Below are positions 51,406-64,000 of a DNA stretch of 64,000 nucleotides, one piece after another. The stretch's first letter is position 1. Each line of letters begins with the position of its first letter. The notes under the pieces were generated by a model. That model saw nothing but the letters and a program-made list of their open reading frames with translations. It made no database searches and was not told where the DNA came from. Both the position numbers and the translations under genes were made by a program. This DNA comes from the human T2T-CHM13v2.0 reference genome, Homo sapiens, in the NCBI RefSeq assembly GCF_009914755.1, contig NC_060932.1. One strand, 5' to 3'.

Positions 51406-51624
51406 GAACTGACAATGGCGAAGCCCTTCCCGAATCCATCCCATCAGCTCCTGGGACACTGCCTCATTTCATAGAGGAGCCAGATGATGCTTATATTATC
51501 AAGAGCAACCCTATTGCACTCAGGTGCAAAGCGAGGCCAGCCATGCAGATATTCTTCAAATGCAACGGCGAGTGGGTCCATCAGAACGAGCACGTCTCTG
51601 AAGAGACTCTGGACGAGAGCTCAG
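51406..51624 (+). CDS. UNC5D: UNC5D coding exon 2 (start of first Ig-like domain), 219 nt, phase 1-1
   Basis: Acceptor tttttgatttcacag|G at 51404-51405 and donor TCAG|gtagga at 51625. Encodes (G)[72 protein letters not shown](G), which I recognise as UNC5-family Ig1, specifically UNC5D. Confidence 0.96.
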
Positions 51625-52209
51625 GTAGGAGCGTGCAGCAGTCAGAAGCAGCTGTGGTGACTCTTTAGGTTCTCCTGTGGTTATATCTCTGGGAAAGACT
51701 GGAAATCACCCCCCATTGCCTTGTGTGAATGAGGTCATAGTTACATCACTCCCAGCATATAAGATGCAATCCTTTTCTTCAAATGACCCTACAGCTGCCT
51801 TGGTAGTCCCTTCCGATATGATGCAGAGGCATTTTTTTCTTGCTGTAGATAACTTTAAACACCAAATTTTGTATGAAAATTAATATTATCACTGGAAATA
51901 AACCAGGGAGTCACTGTTTTTGTTTGCAGAATTCTGAATATTTTTGAGGACAAATATTAAATCTTGCATCAAACCCCTTGTTAAGCAGCATGATTTGAGT
52001 TTCTTTAATCTTTCCTAGATTTTATTCTTTGCACTTTATTCTCCACATTTGGTGGTTTCTGAGTCCTTTTTTTTTTTTTTTTTTGACTATGGTGTAATGG
52101 CAGATCCCAAATTAGATTACCATATCCTAGCAGGATCTCCAGTATGAAAGAATTGTGGGACCATCTTTACATTATTAGTAAATTATTGGCAAATTTGGCT
52201 GATAAGTGG

Positions 52210-52450
52210 TGATGATGGAAATTATGATTATACTAGCTAATGCATATTGACCACTCACTATATATCAGGCTTTAAGCATTTGACAGACATTATGTATCTT
52301 GCTCAGTTTTTTCAACAGTCCCCTGCAGTAGATAATGCTATTATTACCTTCTCGTAGACAAGGAAACTAAGGCTCAAAGAGATTAAGTAAAGTGCTTGCC
52401 CTGGATGTCAAAGTGAGATAATTTGACTCAAAGCCTTCAAAATGTATATC
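52210..52450 (-). mobile_element. MIR
   Basis: aaggaaactaaggctcaaagagattaagtaa core. Confidence 0.65.
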
Positions 52451-53651
52451 CTTTTATATTTTAATGTTGACAGAAACAATCTATGCTTTTGAACTTTGCT
52501 TTCTCAGACAAGATCCAATCTGGTCACACGTTAGATTGTTGATTTTTTTAGATGGTCAACTGCTTGACTTGGTCAACTCACTAGATATCCGATTTTTGAA
52601 TAAGTCAAAAAACATCAGTATAACTCTGAAGTTTCAAATCAGCCTAATTTATTAACTATATAGCAACGATATTCTATATAACAAGGTAGGCCTTTCAGAG
52701 TATTCAGAGATAGGTAAGAAAATAGCCCATAGGGGTGAACTTTACACATAATGACAGAGATAAGACAAATATGCCCATGAATGCTATGCAGATGAAGTTA
52801 GGATAAATATCTGAAAAGAAGAATATGATTATACAGAAGATTTGTTTCTTAAATCACATCTAACTAGGACTATCAGTAAAGGTATTGTAGACTTGATAGC
52901 GGTTGAAAGGAACATTGATGAATATGTAAGTCAGATGGGCATAATTGATGCTACACCATATGGAGGAGAGAGGAGTTTTAGTGGCCTGAAGGTCACAAAC
53001 ATTAGTAAATGAAGAAAGCTTGGTATACGTTCAGCAAAACGTTTGGTTTTGTTGAAATATAAAATTTATGTACAAGAATAGCAGCCAGTGGCTAGAAAAC
53101 TCAGTTTAATCAATGGCATGAAAGGCCTCAAATAAGAGTGTGGAGCCCTTTACTTAGTTTTATGGGTATTTTGGTTCTGGTGATCGATCATATTGATGTA
53201 CGGGTATGCAGTGGCTGGAGCTCTGCTTTAAAAAATGAATCTGGAAGAAATGTTGGTAAGCAGAAACCAGAACAAGGGAGCTAAGAGACATGGATAATTC
53301 AGGTGAGAGAAGGTAAGAACTGGTTCAAGAGTCGGGAGGCTACAGAAATAACAACCAGAATATAAGTAATTGCATTAACAAGGATAAAAATGTGAGATCA
53401 TAGTTTTGATAAGCTAAATTTGAGGTGCTTATGGTATATAATGAAGAGATGTAGATTTGGAACTTGATATAATTAGTAGGTAGAAGAGTAGATTTGAGAA
53501 TCATTAGGAAAGAACGAAGCCATGTGGGTGGAAGAGTTGTTAGAGAGGAAGGGTCAACTAGGTCTACTTGAAAAGGAAGTAGACCTAGAGATATACCTCT
53601 TCAGAAGACAGGGATAGGAGTATCAGCCTCCAGCAAAGAAGTAACCAGGGG

Positions 53652-54015
<364 letters not shown>

Positions 54016-57000
54016 TCAAAAAGATATGTAGGTAAAACTCTATCAATAAAGAGAAGGGCGAAGGACTAAACATCTTATTTACATGTAAAGAAAGACTGCT
54101 AATCATTACACAGTTCTGAACTACTGTAGGATTGCAGTATAAATTCAAAACTCCAAAAAGGAGAGAAACACCTAAAACTCTATAATAATTCCCTATTCAT
54201 TTCAAATTGGAATTAGTAGGAGGAAGAGAAAAAAACAAAAGTGCCCCTTTTAGAGATGTTCTTCAGACCAAAGCATGCGTAGAATCCTAGAATCTAAATG
54301 TAAGAACTGGGAGAGAGAGAGAGCTTAGTGATAATCTAACAGCCCTATTTTATACATTAAAATGTTAAGATTTAAGAGATACAATGAGTTTGTGGCATAG
54401 CTGTTTCAAGGACCCAGATCTCCCGATTTCTCCTTCAGATGAATTTCTTCAACACCATGAGTCACCTTTGCCTATAGATTTCTATACTTTTCTCCCAAAT
54501 CAAAATATTGACAAGTTTTCTTGCTGACATAAGGATGGATTGAAGTACATGGCTCATCATTTTCCATTATGAATCTATTTAGGGTTTCAGTCACCCATGT
54601 GTATCATCCTATACATATAACATTTTAGAATTTATTTATTCCTGACCATTTCTTCCATCTTCGTAAAAGCCAATCCTTTAATCTGGGCATGTTTCTGGCA
54701 CTGTTAGACAAAAGTTTATAGCAAGCAATGGTAGACATTTCCAGGAATGTTGATATAGTTTTGATTTTGAAGGAAGGATTTGGCATTTCGATGGGGAAAG
54801 TAGAGAACAAATTGAATCTTGGTTTCAGGAACGTCTCTGATCTTGTGCTCCCAAGGCTGGGACCCAGGAGAGACCTAGATGGAGAGGCCTGGTGCTGGGA
54901 GAGATTGAGTCAGAGACAACAGCAGTCTCACTTACGTTGACATTAAAAATTCAAAGGAAGACAGTGGAATTTGGGAGAGGGCAACCAAGGGAATGACATC
55001 TACCATATAAGCAAAAGGCTACAAAACAATGGCAGAATATGACAGGCTTGTGTCTTTTGCTCAATTAGTACAACTAAAAAGGACTCAAATACCAGTGGCT
55101 CACTGGGGCTGTATGTTTTTTATCATCAGATGTCTCTGTCCTAGATTTTGCCCACCAATGACCTCAAAATAGCCGAATCCCATTGGGTAAACTCTTCCAA
55201 ATGAAAGATAGAAAGAATATTGTAAAATGATCAGCCATTTCTGTTACCACTGCTAGAAAAATCTTATATCCCTTCTCATATAAAGACCTCTTGAAGTATT
55301 GCAAGCCAATTCAACAGTGCACCCTCTTCTAATTTCACTACATTCTGTTTTGTTATTGCTTCCCCCTTTTAATTCCCCTAGCATTGCTAGGCAACTCCAT
55401 GTCATGTGGATAGCGTTTTTTATTACATTCTCTACCTCCATGTAGAAATCTCCTCCTCTCTACTTCCTTAAAAAAAAAAAAGAAAGCCAATAAAAGACAT
55501 ATTTCAAAGAAACTGAGCAAAACAAAAAATTCATAAATGACCAAATCTGAGTATATTATATACCGATTTTTAAAAATATGCTGTTGAGAAAGGATTTAAA
55601 TTTTAGCAGTTACTTTTTTGTAAAGAACTTAATAGCACAACCTTTTCTTCCAAGTCATTTTGATTGAATCAATGTGAAAGAAATGTCTCTCCCTAAACAG
55701 TTTTCTTCTGTGTAGTTAATGAAAATCACTATCTGCCGCACACTGCAATTATGTTTCCTAAGCTCTGTATTAATAGTAGAATTGTGGAAACAAGAACAAG
55801 ATGAGTGGAGATATTATACCCCAAAACAATACCTAAATGCAATTTAGGGTGGAAACAAAATGGCCTCAGGTATTGAAAAATAGATGCATTACCTCCCTTG
55901 GGTTCTCCAAGGCAGAGCTGGGAAACAGGACTTGACTACCTTTACAGACTTAATGGCTTTTGACTGGATTCGTAAAATAATTCCTGCCAGTCTAATAGGA
56001 GTGAATGACACTGAGAAGCCAAGGACGGTGGGACCACATTTGACCAGAGAGACTGAGAAAACTGTCCCTGGTTTTTTAAGTCCTGTCGAAAGTAACTCCT
56101 TATGTCTCTTTGGACAACATATTCTCCATTTCTGAAATTCTAGAGAAATTTGATAATTCTTTTTACTTATAGGCATTCTGTCCTCACAGAACTAATGGGA
56201 AATGCATAGGACCTGGGAGTGTTTGGAGTAGACACAGAATCTTTCGTGTTCCTAAATTGGAAGCAATAAGTCCTTTCAGTTGTTAAAGGCTGCAAACTGC
56301 CTTTGGTCTTTCTGGTAATTTGGCCCTGTCATCTAACAGTTCAAATAAGAAAAGAGATTGTGTGTTTTCATGCAGTTTAGCTTGGAAAACCCAGAGCTAG
56401 AGTTCTTTCCTGCAAAAAGTACAATTTATTTGACATGAGTTACTGTGTTTGCACAGACAAGGCTATACCTCTTAGTAATGTACACTTGCAGTTCTCTGCA
56501 CTAGCCAAGGGATCCTCTTTCATTTGTTCTGCCTCATTTCATTTGGAAATATGGGAACTCGTCTTCCTTGTGTTGTTCTTCTGTTAACATCTGGAAGCTC
56601 AGAGTTGAGAAGTAATCTCAACCCAGGAATCATACCCCTGTGAAAAGGATGGTGTATGCAGTAACGTAGAAATTAGGAGCTTTACTCTAACAGGCAGACA
56701 CACATATGTCATACACACAATAGTAAACAACCACAAACCAAACATATCTTGGCAATCAAGATTATGTGGCCTGTGGGGAGCTGGAGTTATCAATAAGCTA
56801 AACCACTTCTTTATTGTTCAATAAAAATAGGAATTCTCTTAACAACACGCCGTGGCTCTTATCTTATTCCACCTCAGAGATATCGAATTCTAATGAGTGA
56901 AATAATGTGTATTCCAATGTGTTATGAGAAAGTCTCAACTCTAGTAAACTAATATTTTTCTTTTTAAAGAATTTCATTTCAGGGACCTCATTGTGTGTGA

Positions 57001-57659
57001 TTTCCTTTTTAAACAACTGGAGTCACTCTCTGGGGATAAAAGGTTAATGGATTGTGTCAAGAAAAGGGAGAAGAATAGAAATAAAAATGTATTAAATCTT
57101 AAAAGTTTATATCTTAGAATGTTGCTCTGCTGGTAATGGGGATTTGAATATAGTATCTTCCAGAAAACCATTAATTTGAAAGTATCTTCAATGATTCACA
57201 AATCACTAAAGTACATTTGGGAAGCATATATTTTAGGCCACATAGCACAGAAATAATCTCTAAAGTGTTTTATTGACAGTTTGTGGGTTTCAAACTCACT
57301 TTTATGGAAGCCTTCTCCCTCCCCACCTTAGATTTCATCTTGTTCATCACTCTACTTCTCAGAGAAGACTGACATATTCTTAAAAGGTTTTCAGGAAAAT
57401 GTTATGAATTCCCTACATAAACTGGTAGAGTATGAAGGCCTTGTTTCCTATAGCCAATTTAGCTTTTCCTACAAAAGGGAAATAAGAAGATTATTTACTC
57501 TCATCCATCCTTAGCAGTGACAGAAATCAGCTAATCACTTTATATAATTTAATAATGTCTGATATCGACCATACATCTGTCTCAAAGCCTAAATCCTTGA
57601 CCAGTCTCTTTAGTTCACACATTAAGAAGTGTGTACATTGATTTAAAATACAAATTATA

Positions 57660-58057
<398 letters not shown>

Positions 58058-58523
58058 CTAATGGTTAAGAACATGGGTTTTGGTGTAGAGGAAGCAATGT
58101 TTGAAATCAGGCTCTCCATTTACATACTTTTTCAGGTGGATGTGGAATTGAGCTTCCTTTCTCCTTGGTTCCTCCGTGTGTAAAATGGCAGTGATAATTG
58201 CATCCACAATCACATAGCACCTAATACATGTGACATGCTTAGCCCAGGGGCTAGTGTACAGCAATTGCTCAGTCAAGACTATCCCTCAAAATGATGAATA
58301 TAAAATAGCTATTTTATTCTTCTTTTTGAATGAGACAAGTGTATGGTGAATATGATTCAAAAAACAAATATATAATCATAGAATTTTGCATTCCGAGAAC
58401 ATAACAGGGCTAATATTGGCAGGTAAATATTTGCCCTTTCTAGAGTATCATTGCCTTACTTGCATGCGATTCAGTCATTCAGGTCGCATTGTGTGTCTAT
58501 GTTACCCTCAGAGTCCATGGCAG

Positions 58524-59040
58524 TGTTACAGAAAAGGGGTCCTGATCCAGACCCCAAGAGAGGGTTCTTGGATCTTGCTCAAGAAAGAATTCAGGGAAAG
58601 TCCACAGTGCAAAGTAAAAGCAAGTTTATTAAGAAAGTAAAGTGCTGAAAGTACAGCTACTCCATAGACAGAATAGGATGTTCCTGAAAGTAAGAGGAGG
58701 AACACATCCACTGTAGGTACAATGCTTGTATATGTGGGGAGATGTGCTCTGCTACAAGGGTTTGTGATAAAGGATTAATTTTCTTAATTACTATATTTTG
58801 CAAGAGTTGATATTATCTTTAAAGCAAAATTAGGAATGCCTTTGTTCTCCAGATATCAGGATATCTGGAGACTCCCAAGTCTGGGTTTGTTTAGTAAACA
58901 TTATTAATTTGTTCCCCTAACCACCAACATCTAGAGACTAGGAATGCATATCTTTGTGGGAACACAGCCCTGCAAGTTCCAGCCTCATTTTCCTAGCCCT
59001 CACTCAAAATGGAGTTGCTCTGGTTTGAACACCTTTGATA
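58524..59040 (-). mobile_element. MER41-family solo LTR (MER41D-like)
   Basis: tgttacagaaaaggggtcctgatccagaccccaagagagggttcttgg and aaaatggagttgctctggtttgaac ends; TSD gcag/gtag. Confidence 0.82.
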
Positions 59041-59916
59041 GTAGCACTGTAGGTGATACAAGTGGTACAATATATGTCCTGACCTCAGGCCATAAGCTAC
59101 TAGCAGGAGATGATTTCAGTGACTGCAGGAATGGAAAGTCATTGATTGAAGCAACAGGATTGGAAATCATGACCATGTTGCCCACCATGTTGTGAGTGTG
59201 ATACGGGAGTAAGTCATTCATGGGATGCGTTTTCTAAACAACCTTTCCATGTCCACTTCCGCCTCTTCACTTTCTCTTCTTGCTATTGTCAGACAACACT
59301 ATGAAGTTAATTTGCTTTCCTTTACCAGACACCTCTGAGCTGATTAATTCTAATCTCTTGTGTGGAAGAAACTGGAGAGCTTGGGTGTATTCTTTGTTTC
59401 TGTACTTAAGACTGAACTCGCGGTGCTTCTGAGGAATACGTGGAGTGCTTATTATCCTGGGAAAACAAAAGACTATTCATTAGGCATGGCGCACATGCAC
59501 ATTCAAAGGATAACTATTTTATTTTTGGTCAAGATACATTTTTAACTTGTTGCTAGGATAAAGTGATAAAAGACATTTAGCCCTAATTAATTATCTGCCA
59601 GTAAAATGAAACATTGTTCTGCCTTTTCATTTCTGTATTTAATTTACTACTTTCAGTACTATGTTGGCCTGAAGACATCTAAGCTCTCTCAAGATACGGA
59701 GGTACGGTTCCATGACATTTCTTCCCTATCTGTCAGTTTTGAAACTTCAAATGCGTGTGAGATACATGTGTCCTTAAAAGAGTCCCCGGAGCTGTGGTCT
59801 AGAAGGCAGGCTGTATATTTAATAAGGACACATCTTTCAAGTCATAGGTAGAATGGCACCCAGCCTCTTGTGTGATCTCGTAGCAGCTTGTGCTTCTGGT
59901 GTCATGGCTGTTGTCA

Positions 59917-60256
<340 letters not shown>

Positions 60257-60746
60257 GTCTCCCCTTCCAACCCAGAAGCTCCTTGAGGGTAGGTATCTTG
60301 ATGTTTTGCTTGTCGATGTATCCTCAGCACCTAACAGAGTGACAGACACATACAGGGTGCTCAATAATTGTCTTTCCAGCAAAACATGTCATAAAACTTA
60401 TGACATCTTTGATTTATTGCTTATGGTAGGGGACCTGTGGCAAAATAATAATACTACAAAATAGAAATAATAGTAACACAATGTTAAGATAAAAGACCAA
60501 AATGCCTGTGATGGTATTAATAAAAATAAAGGGCCATGCAAATACTATATAACTAATAATGATAATAAAAATGTGTTATTCAAAATATGAGGGAGTATCT
60601 CATTGTTGAAGTATAGTTTTCGATGCTCTGATCTTGAAGCAGTAAGAGACAAATGGAAAACATTCCCTTATATAAGTGGAAGACTCACTTTTTCCATCTG
60701 AGTAAGAGAGGATACCTCAGCCAAATCCAGGCATCACAGGGGCTGA

Positions 60747-61108
<362 letters not shown>

Positions 61109-62999
61109 GTCTGTTGCTTTTCAAGAGAATTTGATTGCTTTGTTTCTCTCCCAGAGAACTGACCAAGGCCCAGCATTACTCATGAAGTTGTACTGGAGTA
61201 ATTCTTTGGGACTTTGTCTACAAAAAATGGAATACTCATTTTCTCAGCCCCAATCATGAAGCGCTATAATGTGAACAAGGAGGTACAAAGAAAGTGAAAC
61301 ATTGAACTGAAAAGGTCCCGGAAAACAGGCACCAAGACTGGGACGAGATAAACCATTCTACCAAAACCTAGTTAGCTGGTCATTTACTGCTTCTGTATGG
61401 TTGGGGATATGAGAAACATCTTAGAGGGGAGGGATTCTCACTTCCTTCTTGAATCTATTGGTTCCGGTTGGTAAGCCAAGCATCCTACTACAGAGAACTT
61501 CCAAATGATTGAAGCAGTAAGGCTGAGTGGAGAGGCAAGCATTTGAGAACTGTGTCAAATTCCTCCCCAAGTGCCCATTACCAGGTGTGTTTGAGAACTG
61601 GCTGGAAACAGTAACCACAGCAGGATGCTGCTGATGGCTTTGTCAGTGCAATAATGAGTGGTGGATAAAAAGCTCAGGGCCAGGTGTTGGTAGGCACCGG
61701 GCTGGGGTTGGCATGGTACTGAATGTTAACTACTATTCCAGAATTCTCTATTTTGTCCAGAACAAGTTAGGATCCTAGACTATGACCATCACCCTTTTAT
61801 TTAAAGTTGACCAGAAATAAAGCATTTTATTTATTTTCCCTTCTCCATTTCTTCCCTCCTCTTACATTTCTCTTCCTTGCACAGTGAAGCATATACCTTC
61901 AATTAGTTTGAAAATCCTCTAACTTTTAGTCTCCCAACAGGATTAGACCTGCTAAGAGTAACTAGTGTTTTCTATCTGATAAATAAGGGGATTATAGCAA
62001 TAACTGCTGTCAGCATTTTTCTCATTTAAACAAATAAAGCTGACAAATGATGAAGTTCTGTGCTGCTCCATTATGTTTAGTACATGCAGAGCAATTAGTC
62101 ATCTGCTGCCAACGTTAGTCTATCTACAACTAAACCATCCAACGGCCTAGAAAGCTTATTAGCATATCAGTACCATAGTCATATTTGTATATTCTCTAAG
62201 ACTCTACTCCATAACAAAGGCTGATGGTTATAATTTGCACAATAATTTAAAGGGTTGGACTTTTCTATGCTTATTAGAGTCATGCCAGTTATCAGGTACA
62301 ATTCTACTCTTATTTATGATATGCCATTTTTTATTTGCCTGGAACTTCTGCTCCCCTGTAGCATTTTCTATGAACAAGTTAGCTGCCATCTCTGGAGATA
62401 CTGAAGTAAATAGCCGTTTCTGCAGGAACACTGTTAGATGAAATTCAGTGGAGGAAGAGCAATTTTCTTAAAGCCGCATTCCTTGGATATTTCTCATTTG
62501 TGAATATATCACGTATATGTATGCATATATGTGTATACACTCATGTACTATTACATATGTGTATAAGGGTATGTATGTATACATGCATACTGCCTATGTA
62601 AATGTGTATTTGTATGTATATCATTTGATCAGTGAGGATTTGAGAAAGAATGTATTTAAAAAATTGTTTGTCTTATTCAACAGTTATTTATTGTTATGGT
62701 GGGGGAAAATATAATACAAAGAATTCGTGATTTGCCAAGGCTTCTTTTAGAGGGGATGGTTTGATAAAACTGAAGACCTCATGTTAGAAGAAGGCCTAAT
62801 CTAGAGAGATAATATACCTTTTGTGGGATGGTAATGTCACTTGTGGCCTTTTAAAGAAGCCTGCCACTCTGATGCCACTGGTTGGGAAAATACTGTGTTT
62901 GGGAGCAGTTGTTTTATATGCACTTTGCTCTGCTGATCACATGGGGAGCCTCTGCTGGTAACTGGGCCATCCTAATGTTGAAATCTTGACTTCAGCATT

Positions 63000-63660
63000 T
63001 TCCTCCCAACTGTGGTTAGCCTGAATGAGGGGTTACAAAACCTACTGACAAGAGTGGGGTAAGACAAGATATAATCTTCATAGTAGGGTGCCCTGGTCCC
63101 TTGTTTATGCTTTCCAAAGCACAATGTGCAGTTCTCTTTGTCTATGTGACCACCCTTTCTAGTTGGGGCCTTGCTCACCCTGTAGGGACTGCTCTGCCCA
63201 GGGCTGGCTAATTTTTAGAGAGATCAAACAACTTGCCTGTGAGTTTGCCTTTCATATGCAAACCAAGCAATCCAGAGGCCACACCCCTAACCACCATTTC
63301 TATGGAGCTCTTATACTCCAGATCACTGTTCCCCTGCCCTAACCCCAGGACTAGGTACCAGACAACTCGGGTACCAACAACGCCACAGAGCCCACTGACA
63401 TTATGCAAGCTAGCCAATCCCAGCATATTGTTTCTTCCCATGCAAACCACAATGGAAAGGCCCTTGGCCACATGTTCCCCTACCAGTTCTGCCTCCTGAA
63501 AGACCCCCATGCTTCCCCATCTGGCTCTATGTGGCTTGCTGTGACTCCTGTCTCTCAGGACCTGTGAGTGTCAACTTCTTCCTTCATAAAAGTCACTTCC
63601 ATATCTAAATCTCTTAAAATACTTTATTGAAAAAAAATCCTGGGTATTCTTAAAATACTA
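63000..63660 (+). mobile_element. ERVL LTR, MER74-like
   Basis: catatgcaaaccaagcaatccagag, aggtaccagacaact and aagctagccaatcc motifs; edges approximate. Confidence 0.6.
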
Positions 63661-63857
63661 TGGTGCCAAGATTAAATCATAGCAAGTTTTGTGTTTTGGA
63701 TTTGGACATTCACTACTTTATAAACATGATAACCCTGAACCATTTTGAGATAGTGATTGTCTTCATTTCCAAGCTGAAAAAAATCATAGCTTAGATATTC
63801 TTATAAGATGAGGAAAGTGAAAAACATGAAAGTGCTTCCCATTAGCTTGAACCTATT

Positions 63858-64000
63858 CCTTTTTTTTAATTGATACATAATTTACATATTTTGGGGCACT
63901 TGTGATATTTTGATACATTCATAAAATGGCTAATAATCAAATAAGGATAATAGAAATATCCAGCACCTCAAACACTTATGTTTATGCTGGGAATATTCAA
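63858..64000 (-). mobile_element. L1MA-type 3' end (runs off the window)
   Basis: ttttaattgatacataatttacatattttgggg...tgtgatattttgatac. Confidence 0.7.

Noticed and set aside
51345-51668. 107-aa ORF as a stand-alone gene
   Set aside because: Only 51406-51624 is exon; the flanks are intronic, bounded by canonical AG and GT.

Overview
Eukaryotic, not microbial. The window looks like human genomic DNA from the UNC5D (netrin receptor) locus, transcribed on the + strand, covering the 3' part of the very long intron 1, coding exon 2 (51406-51624) and the start of intron 2. It also contains an 88-nt alternative first coding segment (46560-46647) inside an old MaLR-type LTR, a very young processed LSM12 retrocopy with an intact 195-aa ORF, poly(A) tail and perfect 15-bp TSD (minus strand, 25693-27889), and a full-length L1PA2/3-type LINE-1 (minus strand) with intact ORF1 and ORF0 but broken ORF2. 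The rest is Alu, MIR, L2, old L1, LTR and DNA-transposon remnants plus simple repeats. The most striking pattern is that two transposon-derived ATG-plus-donor modules (L1 ORF0 splice donor 1 and the LTR-embedded exon) both end in phase 1 and would splice in frame onto UNC5D exon 2. Exon 2 is also bracketed by oppositely oriented Alus. Repeat subfamily names and gene identities come from recalled consensus sequences, not from searches, and the edges of old repeats are approximate.
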